Part shown: positions 20,201 through 28,936 of the stretch, one piece after another
How positions within the stretch are numbered: position 1 is the stretch's first letter
Layout: each line of letters opens with the position of its first letter
NCBI GenBank assembly: GCA_019058315.1
Contig: JAHPZH010000005.1
Location: forward strand, 64,001-128,000
From: Candidatus Helarchaeota archaeon
GTDB lineage: Archaea; Asgardarchaeota; Lokiarchaeia; Helarchaeales; RDOG01
Direction: 5' to 3'
Length of the DNA: 64,000 nucleotides
Translations under genes and position numbers: made by a program
Notes under the pieces: generated by a model
What the model was told of the DNA's origin: nothing
Seen by the model: only the letters and a program-made list of their open reading frames with translations
Database searches by the model: none

Positions 20201-21920
20201 AGTTCATTTGATAGTATTTTCTCCAACACCTACAATATGGGTGGGGGAACTTTTATTTATTGGTGCAAGTTTAACATACGGAGATACTGGGGAAGCGATT
20301 TTTGATGGATCTGTTGAGTTTGAAATAATATTTTTTGGTGAAAGAATTCTCCGATTTACTCAGATTGGAAAAACAGGTTCTGATGGAATTACTTATATAA
20401 GTTTTCCTATTCCATCAGATATTTCGGGAGTTTATTTAATTATGATAAATGCACGACATTCTGGGTCAAATACCGAAGCTTCAACTACTTCAAATCTGTT
20501 TCCTATTAATCTGCTATCAACAGGAAGAATTTTTATAGAAAACATATGGCTTTTTATAGCAATAATTGGAGCGGTTTCTGCTATGGGGACTTATAAAACA
20601 TGGAATTATTTGAGAAATAGAGGGTGGAAGAAGAAGATTGACCATTTATTTATAATAACGCATGGGGGTTCACCTATAAAAGAGTGGAAAATGGGGGGAG
20701 CTATACTAGACGCAACTTTGGTTTCGGGAGCCTTAAGCGGGATTGCATCTATTGTACGAGAAATGACAAAAAGTGTTAAAAAATTAACTTCAATTGATCA
20801 TGAAGATAAAAAATTAATATTTGCTTATGGTAAATTTGTAATTGGGGTATTAATTACTGAAAAAGATCAACCAATAATACATAAAAAACTAGATAAATTT
20901 GTAGATAATTTTGAATCAAAGTATTTTTATTATTTATCCTCTTGGGATGGTAATTTAAAGTATTTTCAAGATGCAGATGATTTATTAGTTGATATTTTCC
21001 CATTTGCAATCCCAGAGACTGTTCAAGAAAAGATTAAATTATATCCAGATATTATTAAAAAGGAAAATAGAATAAGAGAATTAAATATTGAAGCGGGACA
21101 TCTTCTTATGGAAAATAAACCAGCTATGGCAATTGAATCTTATATAGTTGCTGCTAAAATAGCTATTGAAATTGGAGACTTAGAAATATTTGAGAATTTC
21201 ATTATAAATATAAATAATCTTCAAAAAAGACTCTCAAAATTTGAAAAAAGACCAATGAGAAAATTAGATATTAAAACCGAAACTAAAGATAAAAAGAATC
21301 TTGCAACTAATATCGAAAAAATTCAAAAAGCAATAAAAATCTCAGACTTCCTTACAGCATTAAAATTAACTACAAAAAATGCAAACATTTACATGGACCT
21401 AGGGCAATATGAAATTGTTTCAGAATTGTTTCAAAAGATCAATGAATATGGTAAAAAACACAAATTGAAAATGAGAGAGATTCAGTTAAAAGAAAGAACT
21501 CAAAAAACCACAGATAAGATCAACAAGTTGAAAATGAAAGCTGAACTAGAGATTGAAAATGGAAATTTTTTAAAAGCTGCTGATAAGTATAATGAGGCTG
21601 CTATACTCGCAATACAAAATAATGATAGAGATAACTTTCAAGACCTTATGTCAAAAGTCGAAAAATATCAAAAAACTGAAGAAGAGACTACTTTGAAAGC
21701 AGAAAAAGAACGACAATTACTAATTCTTAAGGAATCAATACCGAGGATATTAGCAGAGGCAGAATCAGCAAAACTATCTGGTGATTATGAAAAAATAATT
21801 GAATTATATTTAAAAGTAGCCAATATCAATCAAAGTATAGGTCATATGGAAAATTTTATGAAATATATAACAATAGCGAAAGAATATAGGACAAAACTTG
21901 AAAATTTTACAAACAAATGA
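17208..21920 (+). CDS. Giant single-pass surface protein: Ig-like/beta-sandwich ectodomain, TM helix, cytoplasmic longin and SNAP-like TPR domains
   Basis: N-terminal signal/anchor; N/T/S-rich beta repeats; TM 'IWLFIAIIGAVSAMGTY' (~20543-20595); longin 'IDHLFIITHGGSPI...LVSGALSGIASIVREM...WDGNLKYF'; TPR-like 'KAADKYNEAA'. Confidence 0.8.
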   Translation: MGDFKMRINNFKRKGKIFTILIIMLISFSNIHYIFQKNQLDPYNLALFTNIFTSNIRMPSNDGPFSTKSSSSDVIEGNGGKLDTLLYENISGQVLSCDTSSDFSIYTNGWNITKTDLIFTNVKAPTDIDIEISEPFAGEHRLDTLRAMSFTVGSVTYLKKINVNLRLKKLYPGNDLDLSVFNTKATGEPNNIIYNEGFDLDSYSDGWIELNLSSDVLLDPADTNNSKFFIGLKEGSILPSPQVYWYYLNDLSTPDGSNEGDDYSYSFGMWTSNDVDYTLGLTLDTNTLPSNIELKVNGINVENLQIGNGTWNSSVLYIGPNVTFNVEANTSARFDVNWTCQFINQTLSNTYFISNASKSIVNWNSSIPAKFHANSYARGINMTIPLDWNITEVIYDSSSHLSWVNITENGKKINIISNVFNSTWIAVCIGPNYVREISLERKVDSSFTPVNGPVNGTDTIRINASIKDGKGIEIINGNGNLSIFNPEETLNYIDHTPPNSTHALNGIISFTPWRINLTGTMGGNYTIQVVWYNQTEVGINVTSIDIKSIPTQLTLIYNTISANTGDPIDAIIYYNDSYWGYGIPNANFYLINNYTSGYHFDFTVTPLSPMGNYSIAISTATLTAGSYEFIIIANKSVYNTSTVNITFTIQGNKSYAWIVSGATPVGPLLGGRTLDDGSFVYDNYTTTPLNDPYWDDTSHKLTIYYNDTVGNPITIEDVDLVEIRWDNNETDIIPTLVGSGLYNVTIDTTGITAGIHFFSIIMQTSNYYRAYLNVSVTVKPVPTQVDPGLYGNVTQYEGEDLEFWVAYLDVYHSNQRIESPPAIVKYNITGFPNINGTMTYIGAPNFAYRGEFNLGDLSLGSYNLTIYASAGTEYLEAIRNITVNVIPKYNVSLNLIDIPFGIRVGEELIIRAKLINDITGDPLKYVPINVKITFLDSQNGTISELEAVLITNNNGTIEESLIVPQNVKYANISLFYNGDVNVTSAVNNTILNIAPKRSVHLIVFSPTPTIWVGELLFIGASLTYGDTGEAIFDGSVEFEIIFFGERILRFTQIGKTGSDGITYISFPIPSDISGVYLIMINARHSGSNTEASTTSNLFPINLLSTGRIFIENIWLFIAIIGAVSAMGTYKTWNYLRNRGWKKKIDHLFIITHGGSPIKEWKMGGAILDATLVSGALSGIASIVREMTKSVKKLTSIDHEDKKLIFAYGKFVIGVLITEKDQPIIHKKLDKFVDNFESKYFYYLSSWDGNLKYFQDADDLLVDIFPFAIPETVQEKIKLYPDIIKKENRIRELNIEAGHLLMENKPAMAIESYIVAAKIAIEIGDLEIFENFIININNLQKRLSKFEKRPMRKLDIKTETKDKKNLATNIEKIQKAIKISDFLTALKLTTKNANIYMDLGQYEIVSELFQKINEYGKKHKLKMREIQLKERTQKTTDKINKLKMKAELEIENGNFLKAADKYNEAAILAIQNNDRDNFQDLMSKVEKYQKTEEETTLKAEKERQLLILKESIPRILAEAESAKLSGDYEKIIELYLKVANINQSIGHMENFMKYITIAKEYRTKLENFTNK

Positions 21921-21932
21921 GGGCGTGTTATA

Positions 21933-22451
21933 TTGGAGAAAATAATTTATAAAATTCTTTTATTAGGTGATCCTGGAGTAGGTAAAACAGCTCTTATAAC
22001 TCAATATATTGATAATAGATTTATAACTGATTATAAAGCCACTCTTGGATTTGATATCTTTATCAAAAAAATTATAGGATCCAAAGCAGAATTTTCATTA
22101 GCAATCTGGGATCTCGCGGGACAAGAGAAATATACATCCTTAAAACAATCATATTATGAAGGTGCCCAGGGAATTATTATGGTATATGATGTAACAGACC
22201 GAGAAAGCTATAAAAATATAATACAGTGGTTAACAGAATTGCAAAAAGTAGTAAAAACAATTCCTATTATGTTAGTAGGAAATAAAATTGATTTAACTGA
22301 CGAAATTAAAATCAATACAGAGGATGGGCAACGACTTAAAACAAGAATTAAAGCAATTAATTTTTATGAGACTTCAGCAAAAACTGGACATAATGTTAAT
22401 ACAATTTTTGAAGAACTTGCAGATATTATTAATAAACATTCATCGATATAG
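21933..22451 (+). CDS. Rab-like small GTPase
   Basis: G1 GDPGVGKT, switch I DYKATLG, G3 WDLAGQE, G4 NKID, G5 ETSAK; no C-terminal prenylation Cys. Confidence 0.95.
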   Translation: MEKIIYKILLLGDPGVGKTALITQYIDNRFITDYKATLGFDIFIKKIIGSKAEFSLAIWDLAGQEKYTSLKQSYYEGAQGIIMVYDVTDRESYKNIIQWLTELQKVVKTIPIMLVGNKIDLTDEIKINTEDGQRLKTRIKAINFYETSAKTGHNVNTIFEELADIINKHSSI

Positions 22452-22513
22452 TGTATTTAAAATAAAGCTACATAAATAAAAAATTTTATAGAAGATTAAC
22501 AAAATATTAGGGG

Positions 22514-22906
22514 TTGAATTTAGTTTTAGAACACGACATTTCCTACTATTGCAAAAAATTTAACTGTGGAAAATGCTGTGAAAAGGGTTGGGATATCTTT
22601 GTTACTGAATCTGATATAAGAAAGTGGGAGGAAAAAAAACCTGAAATCTTAAATCAAATAACAACTAAAAATATAAATGGAATAAGAAAAAAATTGCTTA
22701 AAAAACAACCAATCAAACTGCTAGATGGAAAAATACGTCAATTATGTGTGTTTTATGACTTTGAAAAAAAATGTACTATACACGATGTAAATCCTGAAAT
22801 ATGTAAGAAATTTTCGTGTTTGCATCATGTCTATTTCATTTTTCAATTTTTTAATAAAATTTCTGAATTAATAGAAGAATCTGATAAGAAAATGTTGAAC
22901 TCTTAA
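22514..22906 (+). CDS. YkgJ/CxxCxxCC family Zn/Fe-chelating protein
   Basis: CKKFNCGKCC...CVFYD...CTIHDVNPEICKKFSC. Confidence 0.85.
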   Translation: MNLVLEHDISYYCKKFNCGKCCEKGWDIFVTESDIRKWEEKKPEILNQITTKNINGIRKKLLKKQPIKLLDGKIRQLCVFYDFEKKCTIHDVNPEICKKFSCLHHVYFIFQFFNKISELIEESDKKMLNS

Positions 22907-22927
22907 GTAAGTTCAAATTTAGGGCGT

Positions 22928-25588
22928 ATGGCTTATATGAAAGATGAACTTCGAGAAGAAGACTCTAATATCGAGCAAAAATTAAAAGAAACTCAAATTA
23001 AGAGTGAGTTTGATTATCAAAATTTATTTAATGATATTCCTTGTGCTCTTTGGGTTATAAATTTTTCAGATATTAAATTGTACATTGATGAATTACGTAA
23101 TAAAGGAATTAAAGATTTTAGATCTTTTTTTAAAAATGACCCTGATTTTTATTCAACTTGTGTTTCTTTCATGAATATTATAGATGTCAACAGAGCAGCT
23201 ATACAATTATATCAAGCCAAAAACAAGGAGGAAGTTTTACAATATTTAAATGATACCTTTTGCAAAGAATCTTTAGATTTATTTTTAGAAGGAATTATTT
23301 CTATAATTGAGGGTAATTTACCGTTTGAAGGCGAGACTATAATTCAAACTATAAAGGGAAATAAAATTAATGTATTTTATAATTGGTTTATAGCTTCTGG
23401 TTTTGAAAAAAGCTTATCTAAAGTATTTGTAAGTCTCCATGATATTAGTGACCGGAAACAAATAGAATTATTATTACGTAAAGAACGAGATTTAGTCCAA
23501 AAATATCTAGATTTAATTGGAGTTCTTCTTATAACTTTAAATAAAAAAGGTGAAATAACCCTTATCAATCAAAAAGGATATCAGACTTTAGGATATGAAG
23601 AACAAGAGCTTATTGGTAAAAATTGGTTTGATAATTGTTTACCAGAACGAAATATAGAGGAAGTGAAATTAGTTTTTCAAAAATTAGTGGTAGGAGAAAT
23701 TGAACCAGTTGAATATTATGAAAATCCAATTATAACTAAAAGTGGTGAAGAAAGAATTATCGCTTGGCATAATACTGTTTTGACAGATGATATTGGAAAT
23801 ATTATTGGAATATTAAGTTCTGGAGAGGATATTACTGAGCGAATAAGAGGAGAAAAAAAATTAGCAAACCAAATGTATTTAATTGAGTCTATAAATACAA
23901 TATTAAAAGAAGCTTTAAGATTAGACAGTGAAATAAATGTTGCCAAAATGTGTCTAATTTTTGCTGAGGAGTTGACGAATAGCAAATTTGGCTTTATTGG
24001 TGAAATAAATGAAGATGGATATTTCGATACTATTGCTTTAAGTAATCCAGGATGGGAGGCGTGCACCATGGAAAAAACCGCTGCAATAAAATTACTTAAA
24101 AACATGGAGATTCGCGGCATTTGGGGGGAAGTTTTAAAAAGTGGGAAAACTTTAATAGCAGATGATCCCGAATCTCATCCTTCAAGTGTTGGTACTCCTG
24201 TTGGTCACCCAAGATTAACAAGTTTTTTAGGAGTTCCGTTATTTTACGCTGGAAATACATTTGGAATGATTGCTGTGGCTAATAAAGAAATAGAGTATAA
24301 TTCTGATGATCAGCAAGCCATAGAAACTCTTTCAATATCATTCATGGAAGCTTTGATGAATAAAAGAGCAGAAATAAAACTAAAAAATGCCAAAGAAACA
24401 CTTTTAGAAGCGCAAAAAATAGCTCATATAGGAAATTGGGATTGGAATATAGTTACTAATGAATTAAGTTGGTCTGATGAAATTTACCGCATATTCGGGC
24501 TTGCTCCACAAGAATTTGGAGCAACATATGAAGCATTTTTAAATAGTGTCCATCCCGACGATAGAGAATTTGTTACAAAATCCGTTAATGAAGCCATTTA
24601 TGATAAAAAACCTTACTCTATTGATCATCGTATTATTTTACCTGATGGGACACAACGAATAGTACATGAACTAGGTAAAGTTACATTTGATAAGGATGAT
24701 AAACCAATTAGAATGTTAGGAACTGTCCAAGATATCACCGAATTAAAGCTAATTGAAAATGAATTAAAGAAACATAGGGACAACCTTGAAGAATTAGTTT
24801 TAGAGCGTACAAGAGAATTGGAATTAGCAAATAAAAAACTTCAATTAGAAATTGAACAAAGAATAAAAGCTGAAAAAGATCTGGAACTATTCGTATATGC
24901 AGTTTCTCATGAAATAAGAACACCAATTTCAGTTTTAGTCCAATCTATAGATAATTTAGAGGTTTATGGAGAAAAATTATCAGAGAATTTGAAATCAAAA
25001 TTAATAAAAACGATGTCTAGAAATACATCATTATTATCCGAATTAATAGAGGATCTTTTATTAGCTTCAAGGATAGAAAGAACAGAAATAGAATTAAAGT
25101 GGGAAAATTACAAGCTATTCGATGTTTTAAAAGATGTATTAGACCAAATGGAACCTCGTTACAAATCAAGAGGAATAAAAATTGATACAGATGTGGATAT
25201 AAATATTCAATTATTTGGTGATATCAAACGTATTGCACAGATCTTTCGAATATTTATTGATAATGCTATAAAATATTCAAAAGAAAGATCACTGATAAAG
25301 ATTAAAGTATTTAATAAATATAAAGGAGAATTTAATCCGAAATCAATTGATGGTGTTTTAATTCAGTTCATTGATAATGGAATAGGTATTAAGAAGGAAG
25401 ATATCCCTAATTTGTTTAAAAAATATTTCAGATCTAAAGACGCAATGAATATTCCTGGTACAGGTTTAGGACTAACTATTGCAAAAACTCTAACTTATTA
25501 TCATCAAGGAGAAATATTTGTAGAAAGTGATTATGGTAAAGGAACGACTTTTTCCATTTTTCTTCCCAGATTAGAGGAACAACCATAA
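22928..25588 (+). CDS. Cytoplasmic PAS/GAF sensor histidine kinase
   Basis: Three PAS/PAC segments, GAF 'HPRLTSFLGVPL', H-box SHEIRTP, N-box DNAIKYS, G boxes DNGIGI and GTGLGL. Confidence 0.95.
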   Translation: MAYMKDELREEDSNIEQKLKETQIKSEFDYQNLFNDIPCALWVINFSDIKLYIDELRNKGIKDFRSFFKNDPDFYSTCVSFMNIIDVNRAAIQLYQAKNKEEVLQYLNDTFCKESLDLFLEGIISIIEGNLPFEGETIIQTIKGNKINVFYNWFIASGFEKSLSKVFVSLHDISDRKQIELLLRKERDLVQKYLDLIGVLLITLNKKGEITLINQKGYQTLGYEEQELIGKNWFDNCLPERNIEEVKLVFQKLVVGEIEPVEYYENPIITKSGEERIIAWHNTVLTDDIGNIIGILSSGEDITERIRGEKKLANQMYLIESINTILKEALRLDSEINVAKMCLIFAEELTNSKFGFIGEINEDGYFDTIALSNPGWEACTMEKTAAIKLLKNMEIRGIWGEVLKSGKTLIADDPESHPSSVGTPVGHPRLTSFLGVPLFYAGNTFGMIAVANKEIEYNSDDQQAIETLSISFMEALMNKRAEIKLKNAKETLLEAQKIAHIGNWDWNIVTNELSWSDEIYRIFGLAPQEFGATYEAFLNSVHPDDREFVTKSVNEAIYDKKPYSIDHRIILPDGTQRIVHELGKVTFDKDDKPIRMLGTVQDITELKLIENELKKHRDNLEELVLERTRELELANKKLQLEIEQRIKAEKDLELFVYAVSHEIRTPISVLVQSIDNLEVYGEKLSENLKSKLIKTMSRNTSLLSELIEDLLLASRIERTEIELKWENYKLFDVLKDVLDQMEPRYKSRGIKIDTDVDINIQLFGDIKRIAQIFRIFIDNAIKYSKERSLIKIKVFNKYKGEFNPKSIDGVLIQFIDNGIGIKKEDIPNLFKKYFRSKDAMNIPGTGLGLTIAKTLTYYHQGEIFVESDYGKGTTFSIFLPRLEEQP

Positions 25589-25648
25589 AAAAATATATAT
25601 AGAAAATGAAATGTAATATATCTGATGAAATAAAAAAGGAGTTTCAGC

Positions 25649-26536
25649 TTGAAGCCATTAATACTATGTGTAGATGACAATGAAGATATTTTATTAAATC
25701 TACGGTTAACATTAGAATTTAATGATTATGAAGTAATCACGGGAAAAAATGGCATAGAGGGTATAATCATATTATCCGAACTCGGGCGACTTCCAGACAT
25801 CATAATAAGTGATATAATGATGCCCGAAATGAATGGATATGATTTCTTTAAAAAAGTTTCTGAAAACTCGAAGTGGAATCGCATTCCATTTTTATTTTTA
25901 ACAGCTCGAACTTCTCCAACAGATGTTAGATTTGGCAAAATGTTAGGTGTTGATGATTATCTTACTAAACCCTTTAAAAAAGAAGATTTGATGGCCATAA
26001 TTGCTGGAAAACTTGCTAGAAGAAGAAAAACAGAAGAAGTTAGTGAAAAAGTTGAAGAAGTTCTCTCCTCTTTAAAAATTGATGAAAAACCTTCAATCTC
26101 TATTGAAGAAAAATTTTTAGTAAATTTATTATTAGTGTTTTGGGACGATAAAACGGGTCCTAGGGTTTTAAATTACTATCCAAAAGACATTAAATTACCT
26201 TTTTCTGTTGATAAAATAGGTGTTCAATTATATAATTCTATAGTTTCTATTTATGGACAAGGAAAAGTTGCTGAAGCTCAAGGTATATTATTAAATATAA
26301 AAAATATCGAGAGGGATGGTTTTATTTATTTTGATTCATATCCAGATAGTTCAATCAGAGGAGGTGAACAACAATATATGTTGGGGGTTATTGCTCCAAA
26401 GATTAATTATTTTGAATCTTTAAAAATTGGTGAACGCTTTAAACATATATCTTCACATATTAAATTAAAGGAAGATTGGGATTTTAAAAGTCATTGGGAA
26501 GAAATTGCAAATCTTTTATCAACTCCTTCACTGTAG
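25649..26536 (+). CDS. Response regulator (receiver) fused to a longin/uDENN-like domain
   Basis: Receiver: VDDN, SDIMMP, FLTA, YLTKPF; C-terminal 'LLLVFWDDKTGPRVLNYYP'. Confidence 0.85.
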   Translation: MKPLILCVDDNEDILLNLRLTLEFNDYEVITGKNGIEGIIILSELGRLPDIIISDIMMPEMNGYDFFKKVSENSKWNRIPFLFLTARTSPTDVRFGKMLGVDDYLTKPFKKEDLMAIIAGKLARRRKTEEVSEKVEEVLSSLKIDEKPSISIEEKFLVNLLLVFWDDKTGPRVLNYYPKDIKLPFSVDKIGVQLYNSIVSIYGQGKVAEAQGILLNIKNIERDGFIYFDSYPDSSIRGGEQQYMLGVIAPKINYFESLKIGERFKHISSHIKLKEDWDFKSHWEEIANLLSTPSL

Positions 26537-26668
26537 ATAAAATAATCTTCATTTTTAAGATTTATAATTCTTAATCGAATGTTTCGAGTAATATAAATAC
26601 ATTTTAATAACCTTGTTTTTATTTTCTATAAGGTTGAACTATCTAAAGAAAAACAAAGGTAATAACAA

Positions 26669-26956
26669 ATGATGACAAAACAAGATTTTGAGATATATTT
26701 AGATTATATGATAGATTATTACGGAGTGGAAAGATCAGAATTACGAATATCGGCTTATAAGGTGCAAGGTGATGATAGCTATGAATTTTTCGAGAGTGCT
26801 AGAATAATTTCGATTTTAGAGTCAGGAATTATGGTTTGGAAATATGAGGATGAGGAAGAAGAGGAAAATGAGTCAGCATTCGTCTCATGGTCCGCCATAG
26901 ACGAAATTTCAATAATGCTAAGAGAAGTCGATGAAGATGAAGAATATGAAGATTAA
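26669..26956 (+). CDS. Small acidic hypothetical protein (possibly Sm/LSm-like beta fold)
   Basis: 95 aa with 'FVSWSAIDEISI' and acidic runs. Confidence 0.55.
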   Translation: MMTKQDFEIYLDYMIDYYGVERSELRISAYKVQGDDSYEFFESARIISILESGIMVWKYEDEEEEENESAFVSWSAIDEISIMLREVDEDEEYED

Positions 26957-26961
26957 TTTTT

Positions 26962-27888
26962 TCAATCCTTTCTACTTAATAAATTTTCAGCTTTATAGTG
27001 TATAATTGTTGCTCCATGCTTATAATATTCTTTTAATGTTATCCAATTTTTTGAAGGATATTCAAACTCTTTAAGAGATCCAAGTATAGAAGAACCAAGC
27101 CAAGAAGAATATTGTTCAGCTTGAGTGATTTTAATAGGAAAGGTCGCTAAATTTTCTAATTCCTTTTGTAATCGTGCTTTCATACCCTTAATTTTTAACC
27201 CTGATACTATTATGTTCTTGGATAAATCTTCTCTAATAGTTGAATCTAGTTTCATTAGGGTATCAAAAATTTCTACGTCCAAAGGTTTTATCTTATCTTT
27301 ACCCGTCATTTTAGGTTTAAAATAGATTTCTGGAGCTAAAAATAATTCATCTAATTCGAGTGTAGTACCATCAGGTAATGTATAAGATTTTTTACTACTT
27401 TCCTTATCAGGATCTAGTGCTACAAAACAAAGTTTTTCGCGAATATCTCTTAAAATTTCCCTTTCTGCTGAAGTACGAAAATCATAACTCTTTTTTTTTA
27501 GGATCTTTTGTAGATAACTCGTTACATCTTCAATTCCTAAATCTATTTTTTTGATAAAATCAGTTAATGGGTAAGAATCCCAAACTGGTACGATATAAGT
27601 TGGATTTTTTAACCTAATAACTAACCCAGTAGTTTTTCCAACACACATTGCATCTGCCAAAGCTGCATTGACTAAAAGTATAGCCGGAATATTAAAATCT
27701 TCAAATAGAAAGCTACAAATCTTTTCCCTTTGTGACCTAGAAGTTAGTGGATGCTCGATAAGGATTAATCCGTGTTCAGATGGATCGATTTTTAAATCAT
27801 TATAGAAAATATAATGAACAAATTTCTTTATAGCATTAAAATCGACTATTTCTTCATTAATTATTGGAAATGTATTTCTTAAAACCAT
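26962..27888 (-). CDS. N-terminally truncated, divergent actin-related protein (corresponds to actin residues ~64 to end)
   Basis: 'HYIFYNDLKIDPSEH', 'REKICSFLFEDFNIPA', 'TSAEREILRDIREKLCFVALD', 'SYTLPDG', 'LAPE', 'YSSWLGSSILGSL', 'WITLKEY'; ATG preceded by SD GGTGA overlapping the upstream stop. Confidence 0.9.
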   Translation of the reverse strand: MVLRNTFPIINEEIVDFNAIKKFVHYIFYNDLKIDPSEHGLILIEHPLTSRSQREKICSFLFEDFNIPAILLVNAALADAMCVGKTTGLVIRLKNPTYIVPVWDSYPLTDFIKKIDLGIEDVTSYLQKILKKKSYDFRTSAEREILRDIREKLCFVALDPDKESSKKSYTLPDGTTLELDELFLAPEIYFKPKMTGKDKIKPLDVEIFDTLMKLDSTIREDLSKNIIVSGLKIKGMKARLQKELENLATFPIKITQAEQYSSWLGSSILGSLKEFEYPSKNWITLKEYYKHGATIIHYKAENLLSRKD

Positions 27889-27894
27889 AAGATT

Positions 27895-28932
27895 TCACCT
27901 CAAAAATTTTTGTAACAACTCTTTCATACTCTTCGGAAGTTGTCCATTAGATTCTAAATCTAAAATAAAATCTTCTACAAGATCTACTTGGCTTAGTGCT
28001 ATGGCAACAATGAGGTCTGGAATGTCTGGAGTATTTTCCAGCATAAAATGTTCTCCTTGCGTGATATTTGCAATTTCTTTAAAGATTTTTTCAGTTTTAC
28101 TATCTTTTACAATTTGTATAGTGTAAACTTTAACCTCATTAGAAGCTAACTTTTTTGATTCTTCTCTCCAATTCAATTTCTTTGGACATTGGGAAGGATC
28201 GTGTGGGGGAGCGTCCGCGATTAATATTGCGATCTTTTTAACATTTACCCATTGAAAATCTTGAAGAGAGCTTAATGCATCCTCAACCGCCTCTGGAATA
28301 TCTCCCCCACCATCTGCAGTCCATTCCTTTATAAAACTTGTTAGTTCTGAATAATATTGGGATTCTGTAAACGGGTAACATTTTAGTAAATAAGAACTTT
28401 CTTCGTCACAATGATCACGATAGGTTAAGGCACCAATTCGAACTCCTGGAATTTTTTCTGATAGAAAGTAAAGCATTCTAGCAATTTCCTTTTTTATGGC
28501 CCCAAGAGCAGATCCCATAGAACCTGTAGAATCAGCCACTACAACTAAGTCAAGCATTCCTAAAGATTCAATCTTTTCTTTTATCATTCTACACATATCT
28601 TTGTCATTTAAAGATTCCATAAAAGCTAAAGCTCGTTGATAAGCCTTGTAAGCATAACCCATCTTTTTTATTGATTCAAATTCTCTAGCAGCCTGTAACA
28701 TTGTTTTTCCGGCTTTTTCAGGTTCTCCTTGTTTATCTTGTAATGATGCTATCGAAACTAGAGTAATTACGGCTTGTAGCTTTAGATTTCGATTAATAAA
28801 TGTTTCACGTAATTTCATATAATTATTAATAGCTTTTTTCCAAGCTTTATTTTCCATTTTCAGGCAAATTTTATCCGAAATCGCTTTCAATTCATACTCA
28901 ATTTCACTTAACATTCCATTATCACAATCCAA
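27895..28932 (-). CDS. TPR/SNAP-like + vWA domain protein (paralogue 2)
   Basis: MIDAS DSTGSM, 'YRDH', 'GGGDIPEAV', 'IADAPPH'; N-terminal 'AYKAYQRAL'. Confidence 0.85.
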   Translation of the reverse strand: MDCDNGMLSEIEYELKAISDKICLKMENKAWKKAINNYMKLRETFINRNLKLQAVITLVSIASLQDKQGEPEKAGKTMLQAAREFESIKKMGYAYKAYQRALAFMESLNDKDMCRMIKEKIESLGMLDLVVVADSTGSMGSALGAIKKEIARMLYFLSEKIPGVRIGALTYRDHCDEESSYLLKCYPFTESQYYSELTSFIKEWTADGGGDIPEAVEDALSSLQDFQWVNVKKIAILIADAPPHDPSQCPKKLNWREESKKLASNEVKVYTIQIVKDSKTEKIFKEIANITQGEHFMLENTPDIPDLIVAIALSQVDLVEDFILDLESNGQLPKSMKELLQKFLR

Positions 28933-28936
28933 GGAA

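Noticed and set aside
26962-27888. Truncated actin as a simple pseudogene
   Set aside because: No stops or frameshifts, coupled translation signal, targeted loss of nucleotide motifs only, and a complementary fragment in the same operon. Not formally excluded without orthologues
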